A DNA stretch of 64,000 bases from NCBI GenBank assembly GCA_964569265.1, contig CAZMTO010000002.1, positions 6,102 through 70,101 on the forward strand, written 5' to 3'. The stretch is from an uncultured Peptococcaceae bacterium. Its GTDB lineage: Bacteria > Bacillota > Dehalobacteriia > UBA4068 > UBA4997. Below, one piece after another: positions 42,456-50,911 of the stretch (within the stretch, counting starts at the first letter, position 1; each line of letters opens with the position of its first letter). Under the pieces are notes generated by a model. That model worked only from the letters and a program-made list of their open reading frames with translations, was not told where the DNA came from and searched no databases. The position numbers and the translations under genes were made by a program.

Positions 42456-44231
42456 ATGGCAAGAGTCCCCGAAGAATTTGTGGCACAAGTTAATGCGCGG
42501 TTGGATATTGCCGAGGTTGTCGGTGCGTATGTGTCCTTAAAAAAGCAGGGGCGCAACCTGTGGGGTCTGTGTCCGTTTCATACCGAAAAAACACCGTCTT
42601 TTAGCGTAGCACCCGATAAACAGATATACTACTGCTTTGGCTGCCATAAGGGCGGCAATGCTCTGCGGTTTTTGATGGACATAGAGGGGCTGAGCTTTGT
42701 AGAGGCGGTAGAAAAGGCAGCTGGTATGGTGGGGCTGCAAATGCAGCAGGAAGAAGCATCGGCGGCCGAAACTGCCGAAATGCAGCAACGGCGCCGTTAT
42801 TTTAAGATGATGGCCGAAGCGGCGGAATATTACCGCGCGCAGCTTTGGGGTGAAGCAGGCCGCGAAGCCAGAGGTTATTTGCAGCGGCGCGGGTTATCGG
42901 CAGAATTGGCGCAGCGCTTTGGTTTGGGGCTGTGCAGTGGCTGGGACGGTGCGGTTAAGCACCTGCTGGGGCGCGGGTATCAGTTTGCCGAAATTGAAGC
43001 TGCCGGGCTAAGCTCACGACGGGAAAAGGGTGACGGCTTTTTTGACAAGTTTCATCATCGGCTGATTTTTCCGATATGGGATTACCGTGGGCAGCCGGTG
43101 GCTTTTGGCGGGCGTGTTATGGGTAATGGTCAGCCAAAATATTTAAATTCGCCGGAAACCCGCCACTTTCATAAATCTCAGAATTTGTACGGGCTTTTTC
43201 AGGCCGGGGCAGCTATACGCCGGGCTGATGAGGCTGTTTTGATGGAAGGCTATATGGATGTTCTGGCGGCACACCAGTTTGGGGTAGATAACGCCATAGC
43301 ATCGCTGGGCACGGCCTTTAATGTGGAGCATACCCGCTTGCTGAAGCGTTATACCACACGGGTTTTGCTGGTTTACGACGGTGACAGTGCCGGGGTAAAT
43401 GCTGCTGACCGTGCCATAGATATTTTGCACAACGAAGGCTTTGAGGTGCGGCTGCTTACCCTGCCCGACGGTTTGGATCCGGACGAGTTTTTGCACCGAC
43501 AGGGTAAAGCGGCGTGGGACAAGCTGGTTGATGACAGAGCGGCGGATTTTTGGCGCTACAAGCTTAATAAGGCACTGGCGGCCAACGATATAAACACGGT
43601 TGCCGGCAAGGTGGCGGTGGTAAAGGCGCTAAAGCCCAACCTTAATAATTGTGAAGATGCCGTGGAACTGGAGGGCGTGATATCGCAGTTGGCCAAGGCC
43701 ATAAGCATTGCCCCCGAAACCATTTACGCCGAGCTGAGACCCAAAGCCAAATTAGAATCGATGAACCGGGCACCGGTGGTAAAAGCACCGGCGGCGGCTG
43801 TTGCCGAGCCGAAAAAAATGTCGAGGGCACAGGCTAACCTGCTGTATTTTATGCTGTGTGACCGACAAATATATGAAAAAACCCTGTCGGAATTGGGAGA
43901 AAATTTTCTTGAAAGCCCACCTTTGCAGGAATTATTAGATTTGGTACAGAATATAAAAGATAAATACAGTTGGCAGCCTGCCGAATTGTTTAATTATTTG
44001 CCGCCGGGAGAAGCCTACCAGTTGCTGCTGAGGATGACACAGGCCGATATAGCTAAGGAAAAAATGCCGGAGCTGGCCGAAGGCTGTATACGTGCGGTTA
44101 ACATAAGCCGCCTGCAAAAACGTCTGGCAGAATTAAGGGACGGGCTGGCTGCTGCCGATGTCGGCGCACAGGCCGGGCTGCTGCGGGAAATTGCGGCGGT
44201 GGAACTGCAAATAAGGCAGTTGCGCAATTAA
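42456..44231 (+). CDS. dnaG: DNA primase.
   Basis: Zn finger CPFHTEKTPSFSV..YYCFGCHKGGN. TOPRIM motifs EGYMDV and YDGDSAG. Confidence 0.95.
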   Translation: MARVPEEFVAQVNARLDIAEVVGAYVSLKKQGRNLWGLCPFHTEKTPSFSVAPDKQIYYCFGCHKGGNALRFLMDIEGLSFVEAVEKAAGMVGLQMQQEEASAAETAEMQQRRRYFKMMAEAAEYYRAQLWGEAGREARGYLQRRGLSAELAQRFGLGLCSGWDGAVKHLLGRGYQFAEIEAAGLSSRREKGDGFFDKFHHRLIFPIWDYRGQPVAFGGRVMGNGQPKYLNSPETRHFHKSQNLYGLFQAGAAIRRADEAVLMEGYMDVLAAHQFGVDNAIASLGTAFNVEHTRLLKRYTTRVLLVYDGDSAGVNAADRAIDILHNEGFEVRLLTLPDGLDPDEFLHRQGKAAWDKLVDDRAADFWRYKLNKALAANDINTVAGKVAVVKALKPNLNNCEDAVELEGVISQLAKAISIAPETIYAELRPKAKLESMNRAPVVKAPAAAVAEPKKMSRAQANLLYFMLCDRQIYEKTLSELGENFLESPPLQELLDLVQNIKDKYSWQPAELFNYLPPGEAYQLLLRMTQADIAKEKMPELAEGCIRAVNISRLQKRLAELRDGLAAADVGAQAGLLREIAAVELQIRQLRN

Positions 44232-44257
44232 AAAGCCTGCCAAAATTATTTACATTA

Positions 44258-44326
44258 AAAAAGTTATCAAAAAAGTTATCATAATAAAAAGTTGTAATTT
44301 AAAGTTGTAATTTAAAGTTGTAATTG
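44258..44326 (+). repeat. Tandem direct repeats upstream of sigA (12 nt x2, then 13 nt x3).
   Basis: AAAAAGTTATCA x2 (44258-44281) and AAAGTTGTAATTT x3 (44288-44326, last base differs). Confidence 0.9.
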
Positions 44327-44383
44327 TATGTACAAGGATGTTGTCGGCCTGCTTGGTCGAAAATCAGAAAAGGGGTTTAAGGA

Positions 44384-45757
44384 TTGACTGCAACAAAGAA
44401 TGTCGCTGCACCAAAAAAATCTACAAAAACCAAAGCTGTAGTGCGGCGTATTACACCTGCTATGCTGAATAGTGAAAATGTAAACCGGGCAGAAGAGGTG
44501 AGCTTGGATATGGACATTGATACGGAAATTGCTGATATGGAGCTGGCACCAACCGACGATGAGCTGGCGGCTATTGACAGCGAAAACAACGAAGAAGCCA
44601 TTAAAGGTGCGTGCGACGACACCGACCTGCCGATGGAAGGGCTTAGCGTTGCATCTTTGGACAAGGCCGAAATAGCACACCGCCTGGCCGATGTAATAAA
44701 AGCCGGCGGCGAGGTTACACTGGGCAATGTGCTGGATGTTTTTGGCGAGGGCGAGCTTTCGGTGCAGAATATGGAGGATATTTACGATATTCTGGCGCAG
44801 CACGGCATTGAACTGGTGGCCGAAGCAGACGTTGATGAGGAGCCTAACGAAGCTGATATAAAAGAGCTGGAGCAGGACGGCACCATAGACAAGCTGGATT
44901 TTAATGACTTTACCCTGCCGGAGGGCACCGCGGTAGATGACCCTGTGCGTATGTATTTAAAAGAGATAGGCCGGGTACAGTTGCTTTCGGCTACCGAGGA
45001 GGTTAGGCTGGCGCAGGCTATGGAAGAAGGCGATGAGGTTGCCAAGCAGCGTTTGATCGAATCGAACCTGCGATTGGTAGTAAGCATTGCCAAACGCTAT
45101 GTTGGCCGCGGTATGCTGTTTTTAGACCTTATTCAGGAAGGTAACCTTGGCCTGATAAAAGCCGTGGAAAAATTTGATTACCGCAAGGGCTACAAGTTTT
45201 CTACCTACGCAACCTGGTGGATTCGTCAGGCAATTACCCGTGCCATTGCCGACCAGGCGCGCACCATACGTATACCGGTGCATATGGTAGAAACCATAAA
45301 CAAGCTTAATCGTGTGCAGCGCCAGCTTATACAGGAGCTTGGGCGAGACCCCCTGCCGGAGGAAATTGCCCGCCGTATGGGTGTAAGTGTAGACCGTGTA
45401 CGTGAAATATCTAAAATATCGCAGGAGCCTGTGTCGCTGGAAACTCCTATCGGTGAGGAAGAAGACAGCCACCTTGGTGATTTTATCGAGGATGAAGATG
45501 CGCTGGCCCCGGCCGAGGCAGCATCGTTCTTTTTGCTGAGAGAGCAGCTTGATGATGTTTTGGACACGCTTACCCCCCGCGAGAAAAAGGTTTTGCAGCT
45601 GCGTTTTGGTTTAAACGACGGACGTGCCCGTACGCTGGAAGAAGTTGGCAACGTGTTTGGCGTTACCAGAGAACGTATCCGCCAGATTGAAGCCAAGGCA
45701 TTGCGCAAATTGCGCCACCCCAGCCGCAGTAAAAAGCTTAAGGACTATTTAGACTGA
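44384..45757 (+). CDS. sigA: Primary RNA polymerase sigma factor (RpoD/SigA) with a long acidic N-terminal region.
   Basis: Region 2 is [37 protein letters not shown]. Region 4 is [23 protein letters not shown] start. Confidence 0.95.
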   Translation: MTATKNVAAPKKSTKTKAVVRRITPAMLNSENVNRAEEVSLDMDIDTEIADMELAPTDDELAAIDSENNEEAIKGACDDTDLPMEGLSVASLDKAEIAHRLADVIKAGGEVTLGNVLDVFGEGELSVQNMEDIYDILAQHGIELVAEADVDEEPNEADIKELEQDGTIDKLDFNDFTLPEGTAVDDPVRMYLKEIGRVQLLSATEEVRLAQAMEEGDEVAKQRLIESNLRLVVSIAKRYVGRGMLFLDLIQEGNLGLIKAVEKFDYRKGYKFSTYATWWIRQAITRAIADQARTIRIPVHMVETINKLNRVQRQLIQELGRDPLPEEIARRMGVSVDRVREISKISQEPVSLETPIGEEEDSHLGDFIEDEDALAPAEAASFFLLREQLDDVLDTLTPREKKVLQLRFGLNDGRARTLEEVGNVFGVTRERIRQIEAKALRKLRHPSRSKKLKDYLD

Positions 45758-45882
45758 TGATTATAAGCGCCCCTTTGCAGCGCCCAAAGCCCGGTAAACC
45801 GGCCGGGCAGGCACTTTTGGGGGCGTTGCCGTTTGGGCAGCGGCGCCGCTGAAAAAAATTACAAAAAATTTTGCAAAAGGTG

Positions 45883-45911
45883 TTGACAAAAGCCGTACAC
45901 TCGGTTATAAT
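45883..45911 (+). promoter_or_regulatory. Consensus sigma-A promoter for the tRNA pair.
   Basis: TTGACA (45883-45888), 17-nt spacer, TATAAT (45906-45911). Confidence 0.65.
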
Positions 45912-45946
45912 AATACTCACCTGCTAAACAAAGCAGGTTGCTATAA

Positions 45947-46021
45947 TCCTCGATAGCTCAACGGTAGAGCACTCGGCTGTTAACCGAGGGGTTGCTGGTT
46001 CGAATCCAGCTCGGGGAGCCA
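45947..46021 (+). tRNA. tRNA-Asn (GTT).
   Basis: Acceptor TCCTCGA/TCGGGGA. Anticodon stem CTCGG/CCGAG with loop CTGTTAA. T-arm GGTTCGAATCC. Encoded CCA. Confidence 0.9.
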
Positions 46022-46068
46022 TAAGTTAAAGCAACTGCTCTTAAAGGTCAGTTGCTTTAATTGTCTAA

Positions 46069-46145
46069 GGGCCATTAGCTCAGTTGGTTAGAGCCACCGG
46101 CTCATAACCGGTCGGTCTCAGGTTCGAGTCCTGAATGGCCCACCA
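46069..46145 (+). tRNA. tRNA with CAT anticodon (Met or lysidine-modified Ile2).
   Basis: Acceptor GGGCCAT/ATGGCCC. Anticodon loop CTCATAA. GGTTCGAGTCC T-arm. Encoded CCA. The overall sequence resembles Ile2(CAU)-type tRNAs, but I cannot decide by eye. Confidence 0.85.
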
Positions 46146-46150
46146 AAAAA

Positions 46151-46182
46151 AGTTCGTCCTCTTTGGAGGACGGACTTTTTTT
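46151..46182 (+). terminator. tRNA operon terminator.
   Basis: AGTTCGTCCTC tttg GAGGACGGACT followed by T7. Confidence 0.85.
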
Positions 46183-46289
46183 ATATGATTATTCAGGGCG
46201 AGAACCGTAGGTTCGATATAATGAGCGCCCAAGAGCACAAGGCGCAGCCGCAGAGCGATTGGTAACGCGAATTGAATGCCCCTTTGGGC

Positions 46290-46315
46290 AGTCCTGAATG
46301 GCCCACCAAAAAAAG
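46290..46315 (+). repeat. Exact 26-nt duplicate of the tRNA(CAT) 3' end plus flank (att-like).
   Basis: AGTCCTGAATGGCCCACCAAAAAAAG occurs at 46127-46152 and again at 46290-46315. Confidence 0.9.
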
Positions 46316-46350
46316 CAAGTTTTCATCGAAGATGAGGGCTTGCTTTTTTT
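46314..46350 (+). terminator. Terminator-like hairpin after the tRNA fragment.
   Basis: AGCAAG..TCATC gaa GATGA..CTTGCT followed by T7. Confidence 0.55.
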
Positions 46351-46403
46351 ATTTTAAGCATAACAAAGCCGCCTTTGGGTTGTTACCGCAGGCGGCTTTT
46401 GTA

Positions 46404-46820
46404 TTATATTACTTTTCGGTACAGCCAGTAAAATGCCCAGTACAGCAGCACCAATGCACAAACCGACATCGCAAGGGTTTCGGCAATGTCGCTTTTGCCG
46501 CACATTTCCGCAGCTATAACAATAACGGCTGTTGCTATTACATACACGCCAAACGCGGTGCTTTTGGCCTTGTTTATAATATAAATGTTGCGCTCGTCGC
46601 TCTCCGCTATCTGCCGCTTACGTATAGAGGCTGCATTTTTGGTGATGCGGATGTAATCTAACATTCTGGCAACACCAATTATTATTAAAGCAACCCCCAG
46701 CGTTAATGCGTATTGTCTGGCTATAATTTTTGCGGCAAACAAAACTGCCAGCAAAACACCCGCTGCTATGTACGCTATTGCCGTATATCGCCTTATTTTC
46801 AATTTTTTCGCAAAATCCAT
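46404..46820 (-). CDS. Small 4-TM membrane protein (DUF2178-like) paired with an XRE regulator.
   Basis: Four hydrophobic helices. Translationally coupled, 2 nt after the upstream HTH gene. Confidence 0.6.
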   Translation of the reverse strand: MDFAKKLKIRRYTAIAYIAAGVLLAVLFAAKIIARQYALTLGVALIIIGVARMLDYIRITKNAASIRKRQIAESDERNIYIINKAKSTAFGVYVIATAVIVIAAEMCGKSDIAETLAMSVCALVLLYWAFYWLYRKVI

Positions 46821-46822
46821 AG

Positions 46823-47032
46823 TTATACCTCCTCAAATGCTTCTTCAAAAACAAACAGATCTTCAATGGTTACACCAAAATACCGTGCCAATTTAAAAGC
46901 CAGTTGCAGCGATGCAATATATTTGCCGTTTTCCAGCGAAATAATTGTTTGTCTGGTTACGTCAACGGCTTTTGCCAAATCATCCTGTGTCAGGCTGTGG
47001 GCTTTTCTAAAGGCTTTAATGTTATTCTTCAA
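46823..47032 (-). CDS. Small XRE-family HTH regulator (YozG-like).
   Basis: LKNNIKAFRKAHSLTQDDLAKAVDVTRQTIISLENGKY. TTG start with GGGAGG 6 nt upstream. The ORF-track 5' extension is unlikely. Confidence 0.7.
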   Translation of the reverse strand: MKNNIKAFRKAHSLTQDDLAKAVDVTRQTIISLENGKYIASLQLAFKLARYFGVTIEDLFVFEEAFEEV

Positions 47033-47165
47033 AATGCACCTCCCGGTGATGCTGCCGTGCTTGGCGGCCATAAATTGTATAGTTAACTTTACATTGATAG
47101 CATAATACATTGCGGTCAAAATGTCAAGCTTATTTTACATTTTTTTCACAGGTTTTTTTTTACAC

Positions 47166-47202
47166 AAAAAAATCCTGCCGCAAATTACGGCAGGATGTAT
47201 AG
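47166..47202 (-). terminator. Terminator (copy 1 of an identical 37-nt element).
   Basis: Minus strand: ATCCTGCCG taatttg CGGCAGGAT followed by T7. Identical to 47795-47831. Confidence 0.8.
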
Positions 47203-47224
47203 CAGTGAATAGCTTTAAACAGCG

Positions 47225-47725
47225 TTAATCGGTGTTGTTGCCGATGATGTAATCGTCAATTTTTACGGGTTCCCATTCCGGTTCACCTACAGGAGAGGTA
47301 TTGGAGTAAAGCTCAATTTCAGCGTTGTCGTTCAAAACAGACTTAAATTCAAAGTTGCCCTCTTGCAGTGCCAAATATTCGTCATACAGCTTTTGGTAGG
47401 TTTCGGGGTTGGTGTCCTTGTTATCGCGAATGTATTTGACTTGGTCGGGGTCGCGATTGTAGTAAAGATAGGTCATCTTGTAGAAGAATGTGGCGGATTT
47501 GCCGTCTGAGGCTTCCTCCCAGTTGGAGGGGATAAGCTCCTGAATGTTATAATACGGTGAGAATACGCGGTCAAATTCCTGCTCCAGATAATTTACGGTG
47601 GCGGTAAAAAGCTCGGATTCGCTGGTGACAGGGTCCGGTTTTTGCTCAGGCTTCTGCGTGGTGCAGGCACAAAGCATTGTCAGTGCTGTTAGCACGGATA
47701 AAATCAATAATAGTTTCCTTTTCAT
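47225..47725 (-). CDS. Hypothetical lipoprotein.
   Basis: Start at MKRKLLLILSVLTALTMLCAC (lipobox) with SD AAAGGAGG. Confidence 0.7.
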   Translation of the reverse strand: MKRKLLLILSVLTALTMLCACTTQKPEQKPDPVTSESELFTATVNYLEQEFDRVFSPYYNIQELIPSNWEEASDGKSATFFYKMTYLYYNRDPDQVKYIRDNKDTNPETYQKLYDEYLALQEGNFEFKSVLNDNAEIELYSNTSPVGEPEWEPVKIDDYIIGNNTD

Positions 47726-47794
47726 ATGATTACCTCCTTTAAGTATACAGCTATTTTTATTCGCTATCACATATATTTATATTTCGTGGTGGAT

Positions 47795-47831
47795 AAAAAA
47801 ATCCTGCCGCAAATTACGGCAGGATGTATAG
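47795..47831 (-). terminator. Terminator of cbiB (copy 2 of the identical 37-nt element).
   Basis: Same sequence as 47166-47202. Confidence 0.8.
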
Positions 47832-47852
47832 ACGATTTATGTTTTGCGGGGG

Positions 47853-48815
47853 TTACAGGCTAAGCACCAGCCGACCGATAAGGCAAAAAGCAAAAATTAT
47901 TGCCGACAGCAACACGCTCCAATCCAGCACACGGCAGGTTTTAACAAAGTCGCTGTATTGCGGGTGTTTTATGGCGCGGCCAATGGTGGGTTTGCTTACC
48001 GGCTTGCCAAAGTAATAGGCAGGGCCGCCTAACTGCAAGCCCAGCAGCCCGGCAACAATACTTTCTGACTGAGCGCTGTTGGGGCTTTTGTGGGCGTATC
48101 TGAATTCCAGCCAGCTACGCCAGCCGCCGCGCATATTGTAGCCCAGCAGGCCGCCGCTTATAAGCATAAGCATAGCACCAAGGCGTGCCGGTATAAAGTT
48201 GGCCACATCGTCTAAGCGGGCGGCACAGGTGCCATAGTGGCGGTAACGGTCATTTTTGTAGCCTATCATAGAATCCATAGTGTTTATGCACTTGTAAAGG
48301 TAGGCAAACAGCACTGCCCACACTGCACCGCCGCACCAGTAACCAACGCACATAAACAGCAGCGGGCTAAGCACGCCGTCTATGGTGTTTTCGGCTACGG
48401 TTTCTATAGTGGCCTTTAAAATTTGTATGGGGCTAAGATCATCGGTATCTCGCCCTACTACATAAGAAAGCATACGACGCGCACGGTTAAGGTTGCCTTC
48501 TTTTACGGCATCGGCAGCGTAGCCGGCCTCTACTTTTAAAGAACGCCAGCTTAGCGACGTATACAGCAGGTAAATGCAAACAATAGCCTGAACAAGCGGC
48601 CAGCGCCCTAAAAAGCCAAGCAGCAGCCATAGCGGCAGCAGCACCGTGGCCAGCGTAGCCAGCACCTGCAATACACCGCCCAGCAGCTTGTTGGGCAGGG
48701 GATAGAGCAGTTTTTCCCAGCGAGAGATGATGGCACCAACCAGCCGAATGGGGTGCGGGTAGCCTTTGGGGTCTCCCAGCAGATTATCCAGCAGCAGACT
48801 GATAAAAATTTCCAT
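47853..48815 (-). CDS. cbiB: Adenosylcobinamide-phosphate synthase CbiB/CobD.
   Basis: MEIFISLLLDNLLGDPKGYPHPIRLVG signature. Polytopic membrane protein. Start taken at M29 of the ORF-track product. Confidence 0.85.
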   Translation of the reverse strand: MEIFISLLLDNLLGDPKGYPHPIRLVGAIISRWEKLLYPLPNKLLGGVLQVLATLATVLLPLWLLLGFLGRWPLVQAIVCIYLLYTSLSWRSLKVEAGYAADAVKEGNLNRARRMLSYVVGRDTDDLSPIQILKATIETVAENTIDGVLSPLLFMCVGYWCGGAVWAVLFAYLYKCINTMDSMIGYKNDRYRHYGTCAARLDDVANFIPARLGAMLMLISGGLLGYNMRGGWRSWLEFRYAHKSPNSAQSESIVAGLLGLQLGGPAYYFGKPVSKPTIGRAIKHPQYSDFVKTCRVLDWSVLLSAIIFAFCLIGRLVLSL

Positions 48816-48941
48816 ATAAAATAGCCTCAAAAATAATAATATTGTGACTGTACATAAGATAATTTGATTATACGCCACAAATTGCAAATAAGCAAGCAAT
48901 TTTGCCGATGGTGTAAATATTCGGCGGATAAATGATGATAA

Positions 48942-48970
48942 TTGACAAAACCAAAGCTTTGGGCTATAAT
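48942..48970 (+). promoter_or_regulatory. Consensus sigma-A promoter of the DUF4430-ECF operon.
   Basis: TTGACA (48942-48947), 17-nt spacer, TATAAT (48965-48970). Confidence 0.6.
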
Positions 48971-49082
48971 TTTAGGTGTGTGCCTTTTTAAAAGTTTGTA
49001 TGCACTTTTGCAATGATTTTTGGGGAAAAATCATTAGGGGAAAAAAGAAAGATACAAAATTTTTTATAAGGAGATTGATAAA

Positions 49083-49973
49083 ATGCAGAAAAAACAGCTT
49101 CGTACTATCGCTATTATAGCTTTGGTGGCAGTGTTTGTTATCGCGTCGATAATGCGCCTTACCATTGAACCGGCTGATTTGGGCAAAGGGGATACGCCCG
49201 GTGGCAGTCAGGTGGTAGAAGTTTTGCCGACAGATGATGAACAGCCCGGCAGTGAGCAGCCTGCTGACGGTGGTGTAACGGGTGACGAGCAGCCCGGTGA
49301 TGAGCAGCCTGCCGACGGCAATGGGGACGCTGTTGGCACTGACGAGCCTGCCGATACTGTCAAGGACGAGCCGCAACAGGCAGAAAAACCTGTAACCACG
49401 CCTGCCACAACGCCGTCTGCAACCACGCCGACAACTGACAAGCCTGCCGATACTACCCCGGCTGATACGCCGGAAAAACCGGCCAGCAGCGCCGAAACCG
49501 GTACAAAGCCCGGTGCATGGCCGCCGATACCGGAACAGGCAGTTGCCGACCCCAACAACCCGCGGACTTTTCATTGTACGATGAATATTGTTTGCACCAC
49601 GTTGTTGAACGAGGAAAATATTGATAACGAGGCGATTATTCCGTATATACCCAAGGATGGCGTTATTTTGCCTACCACCACCATTGAATTTACCGAAGGC
49701 CAAAACGCTTTTGATATTATTTTAAAGGCGTGCCGTGCCAATGATATTCAATTTGAATTTAGAGAAGATGCGCTTTACAGCGGTGCGTATGTAGAGGGCA
49801 TAAACTACATTTACGAATTTGACGGCGGCGGGCTTTCCGGCTGGATGTACAAGGTAAATGGGCAGTTCCCCAACTATGGCTGCAAACGCTATATTGTGCA
49901 GGATGGTGACGAGATAGTTTGGATGTACACCTGCGATTTGGGGCGTGATGTGGGGGATAACTCTGTATGGTAA
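49083..49973 (+). CDS. Membrane-anchored DUF4430 (transcobalamin-like) protein with an acidic/Pro-Thr linker.
   Basis: TM helix LRTIAIIALVAVFVIASI. Linker has DEQPG.EQPADG repeats. C-terminal sequence GLSGWMYKVNGQFPNYGCKRYIVQDGDEIVWMYTCD. Confidence 0.85.
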   Translation: MQKKQLRTIAIIALVAVFVIASIMRLTIEPADLGKGDTPGGSQVVEVLPTDDEQPGSEQPADGGVTGDEQPGDEQPADGNGDAVGTDEPADTVKDEPQQAEKPVTTPATTPSATTPTTDKPADTTPADTPEKPASSAETGTKPGAWPPIPEQAVADPNNPRTFHCTMNIVCTTLLNEENIDNEAIIPYIPKDGVILPTTTIEFTEGQNAFDIILKACRANDIQFEFREDALYSGAYVEGINYIYEFDGGGLSGWMYKVNGQFPNYGCKRYIVQDGDEIVWMYTCDLGRDVGDNSVW

Positions 49974-50911
49974 AATCTTCTGCGGCAGTAGCAGCAGAGG
50001 GTGATTTTGCCGCGTTTTCTCTGTGGGACGAAGGCCTTGGAGAAGGCGCGGCCTTTTATCGCAGCCATCCGCTGCTTAATTTTGCCTATTTTGCGTTTGT
50101 TATCGGTGTTACAATGTTTTCTATGCACCCGGTATTTTTGGCGCTGTCTTTTGTTATGGCGTGGGTGTATTCTATATTGCTGCGCGGTAAAAAAGCCATA
50201 AAGTTTAACCTTTTTATAATGGTGCCGTCTATAATTTTAATGACATTGTTTAATACGCTTAATGTGCATAACGGTGTAACGGTGCTGTTTTATCTTAATT
50301 ATAACCGCGTTACATTAGAAGCCATAGTGTACGGCTTTGCGGCGGCCATATTGCTTTCTACCGTTATTATTTGGTTTAGCTGCTTTAACGCCATCATCAC
50401 CGCCGATAAATTTATTTATCTGTTTGGGCGTTTTGCGCCGGTAATTGCGCTTACAATATCTATGATAATGCGATACATACCCCTGCTGCAAAGCCGCTTT
50501 AAAGAGGTTGCGGCGGCACAGCGCTGTATGGGCAGGGGGCTTAGCGGCTCATCAATAATAGAAAAGATGCGTATTTTTGCCAAGGAAATTTCTATTTTGA
50601 TTGCCTGGTCGCTGGAAGCCTCGATAGAAAGTGCCGATTCGATGGAGGCACGCGGCTACGGTTTAAGGGGCCGCACCAGTTTTCATCTTTTCAGGCTGGC
50701 AAAAACCGAAAAACTGCTGTTGGCAGTAATGCTGGTTTTGGGCAGCCTGCCTGTTTATGCCTGCATACAGGGTTTAACCAATATTTATTATTACCCGGCT
50801 ATAATATTGCCGCCGTTATCTGCGGTGCAGGCAGTGGCCCTTGTGGCTTACGGCGCGCTTATGCTTATACCGCCGGTGTTAGATATACGGGGGTGGCTGG
50901 AATGGAAATAA
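49967..50911 (+). CDS. ECF transporter T component (EcfT/CbiQ family).
   Basis: Overlaps the upstream stop by 7 nt. CbiQ-like helices and the SADSMEARGYG motif. Confidence 0.8.
   Translation: MVKSSAAVAAEGDFAAFSLWDEGLGEGAAFYRSHPLLNFAYFAFVIGVTMFSMHPVFLALSFVMAWVYSILLRGKKAIKFNLFIMVPSIILMTLFNTLNVHNGVTVLFYLNYNRVTLEAIVYGFAAAILLSTVIIWFSCFNAIITADKFIYLFGRFAPVIALTISMIMRYIPLLQSRFKEVAAAQRCMGRGLSGSSIIEKMRIFAKEISILIAWSLEASIESADSMEARGYGLRGRTSFHLFRLAKTEKLLLAVMLVLGSLPVYACIQGLTNIYYYPAIILPPLSAVQAVALVAYGALMLIPPVLDIRGWLEWK

Noticed and set aside
44258-44326. Tandem repeats considered as a CRISPR-like array.
   Set aside because: The units are 12-13 nt with no spacers and no cas genes, so they are simple tandem repeats in a promoter region.
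46183-46289. Looked for an integrase, recombination directionality factor or tRNA pseudogene body between the duplicated tRNA ends.
   Set aside because: Only 137 bp lie between the copies and they contain no ORF. Apart from a short AGGTTCGA similarity, no further tRNA-like structure is present.
48816-49082. Searched the cbiB / ECF-operon divergent leader (and 55597-55750 upstream of cobD) for a second cobalamin riboswitch.
   Set aside because: There is no GGTGAAAATCC / GCCACTG-type core or AGTCAG..ACCTGC element on either strand, and the leaders are too short. A cmsearch would be definitive.
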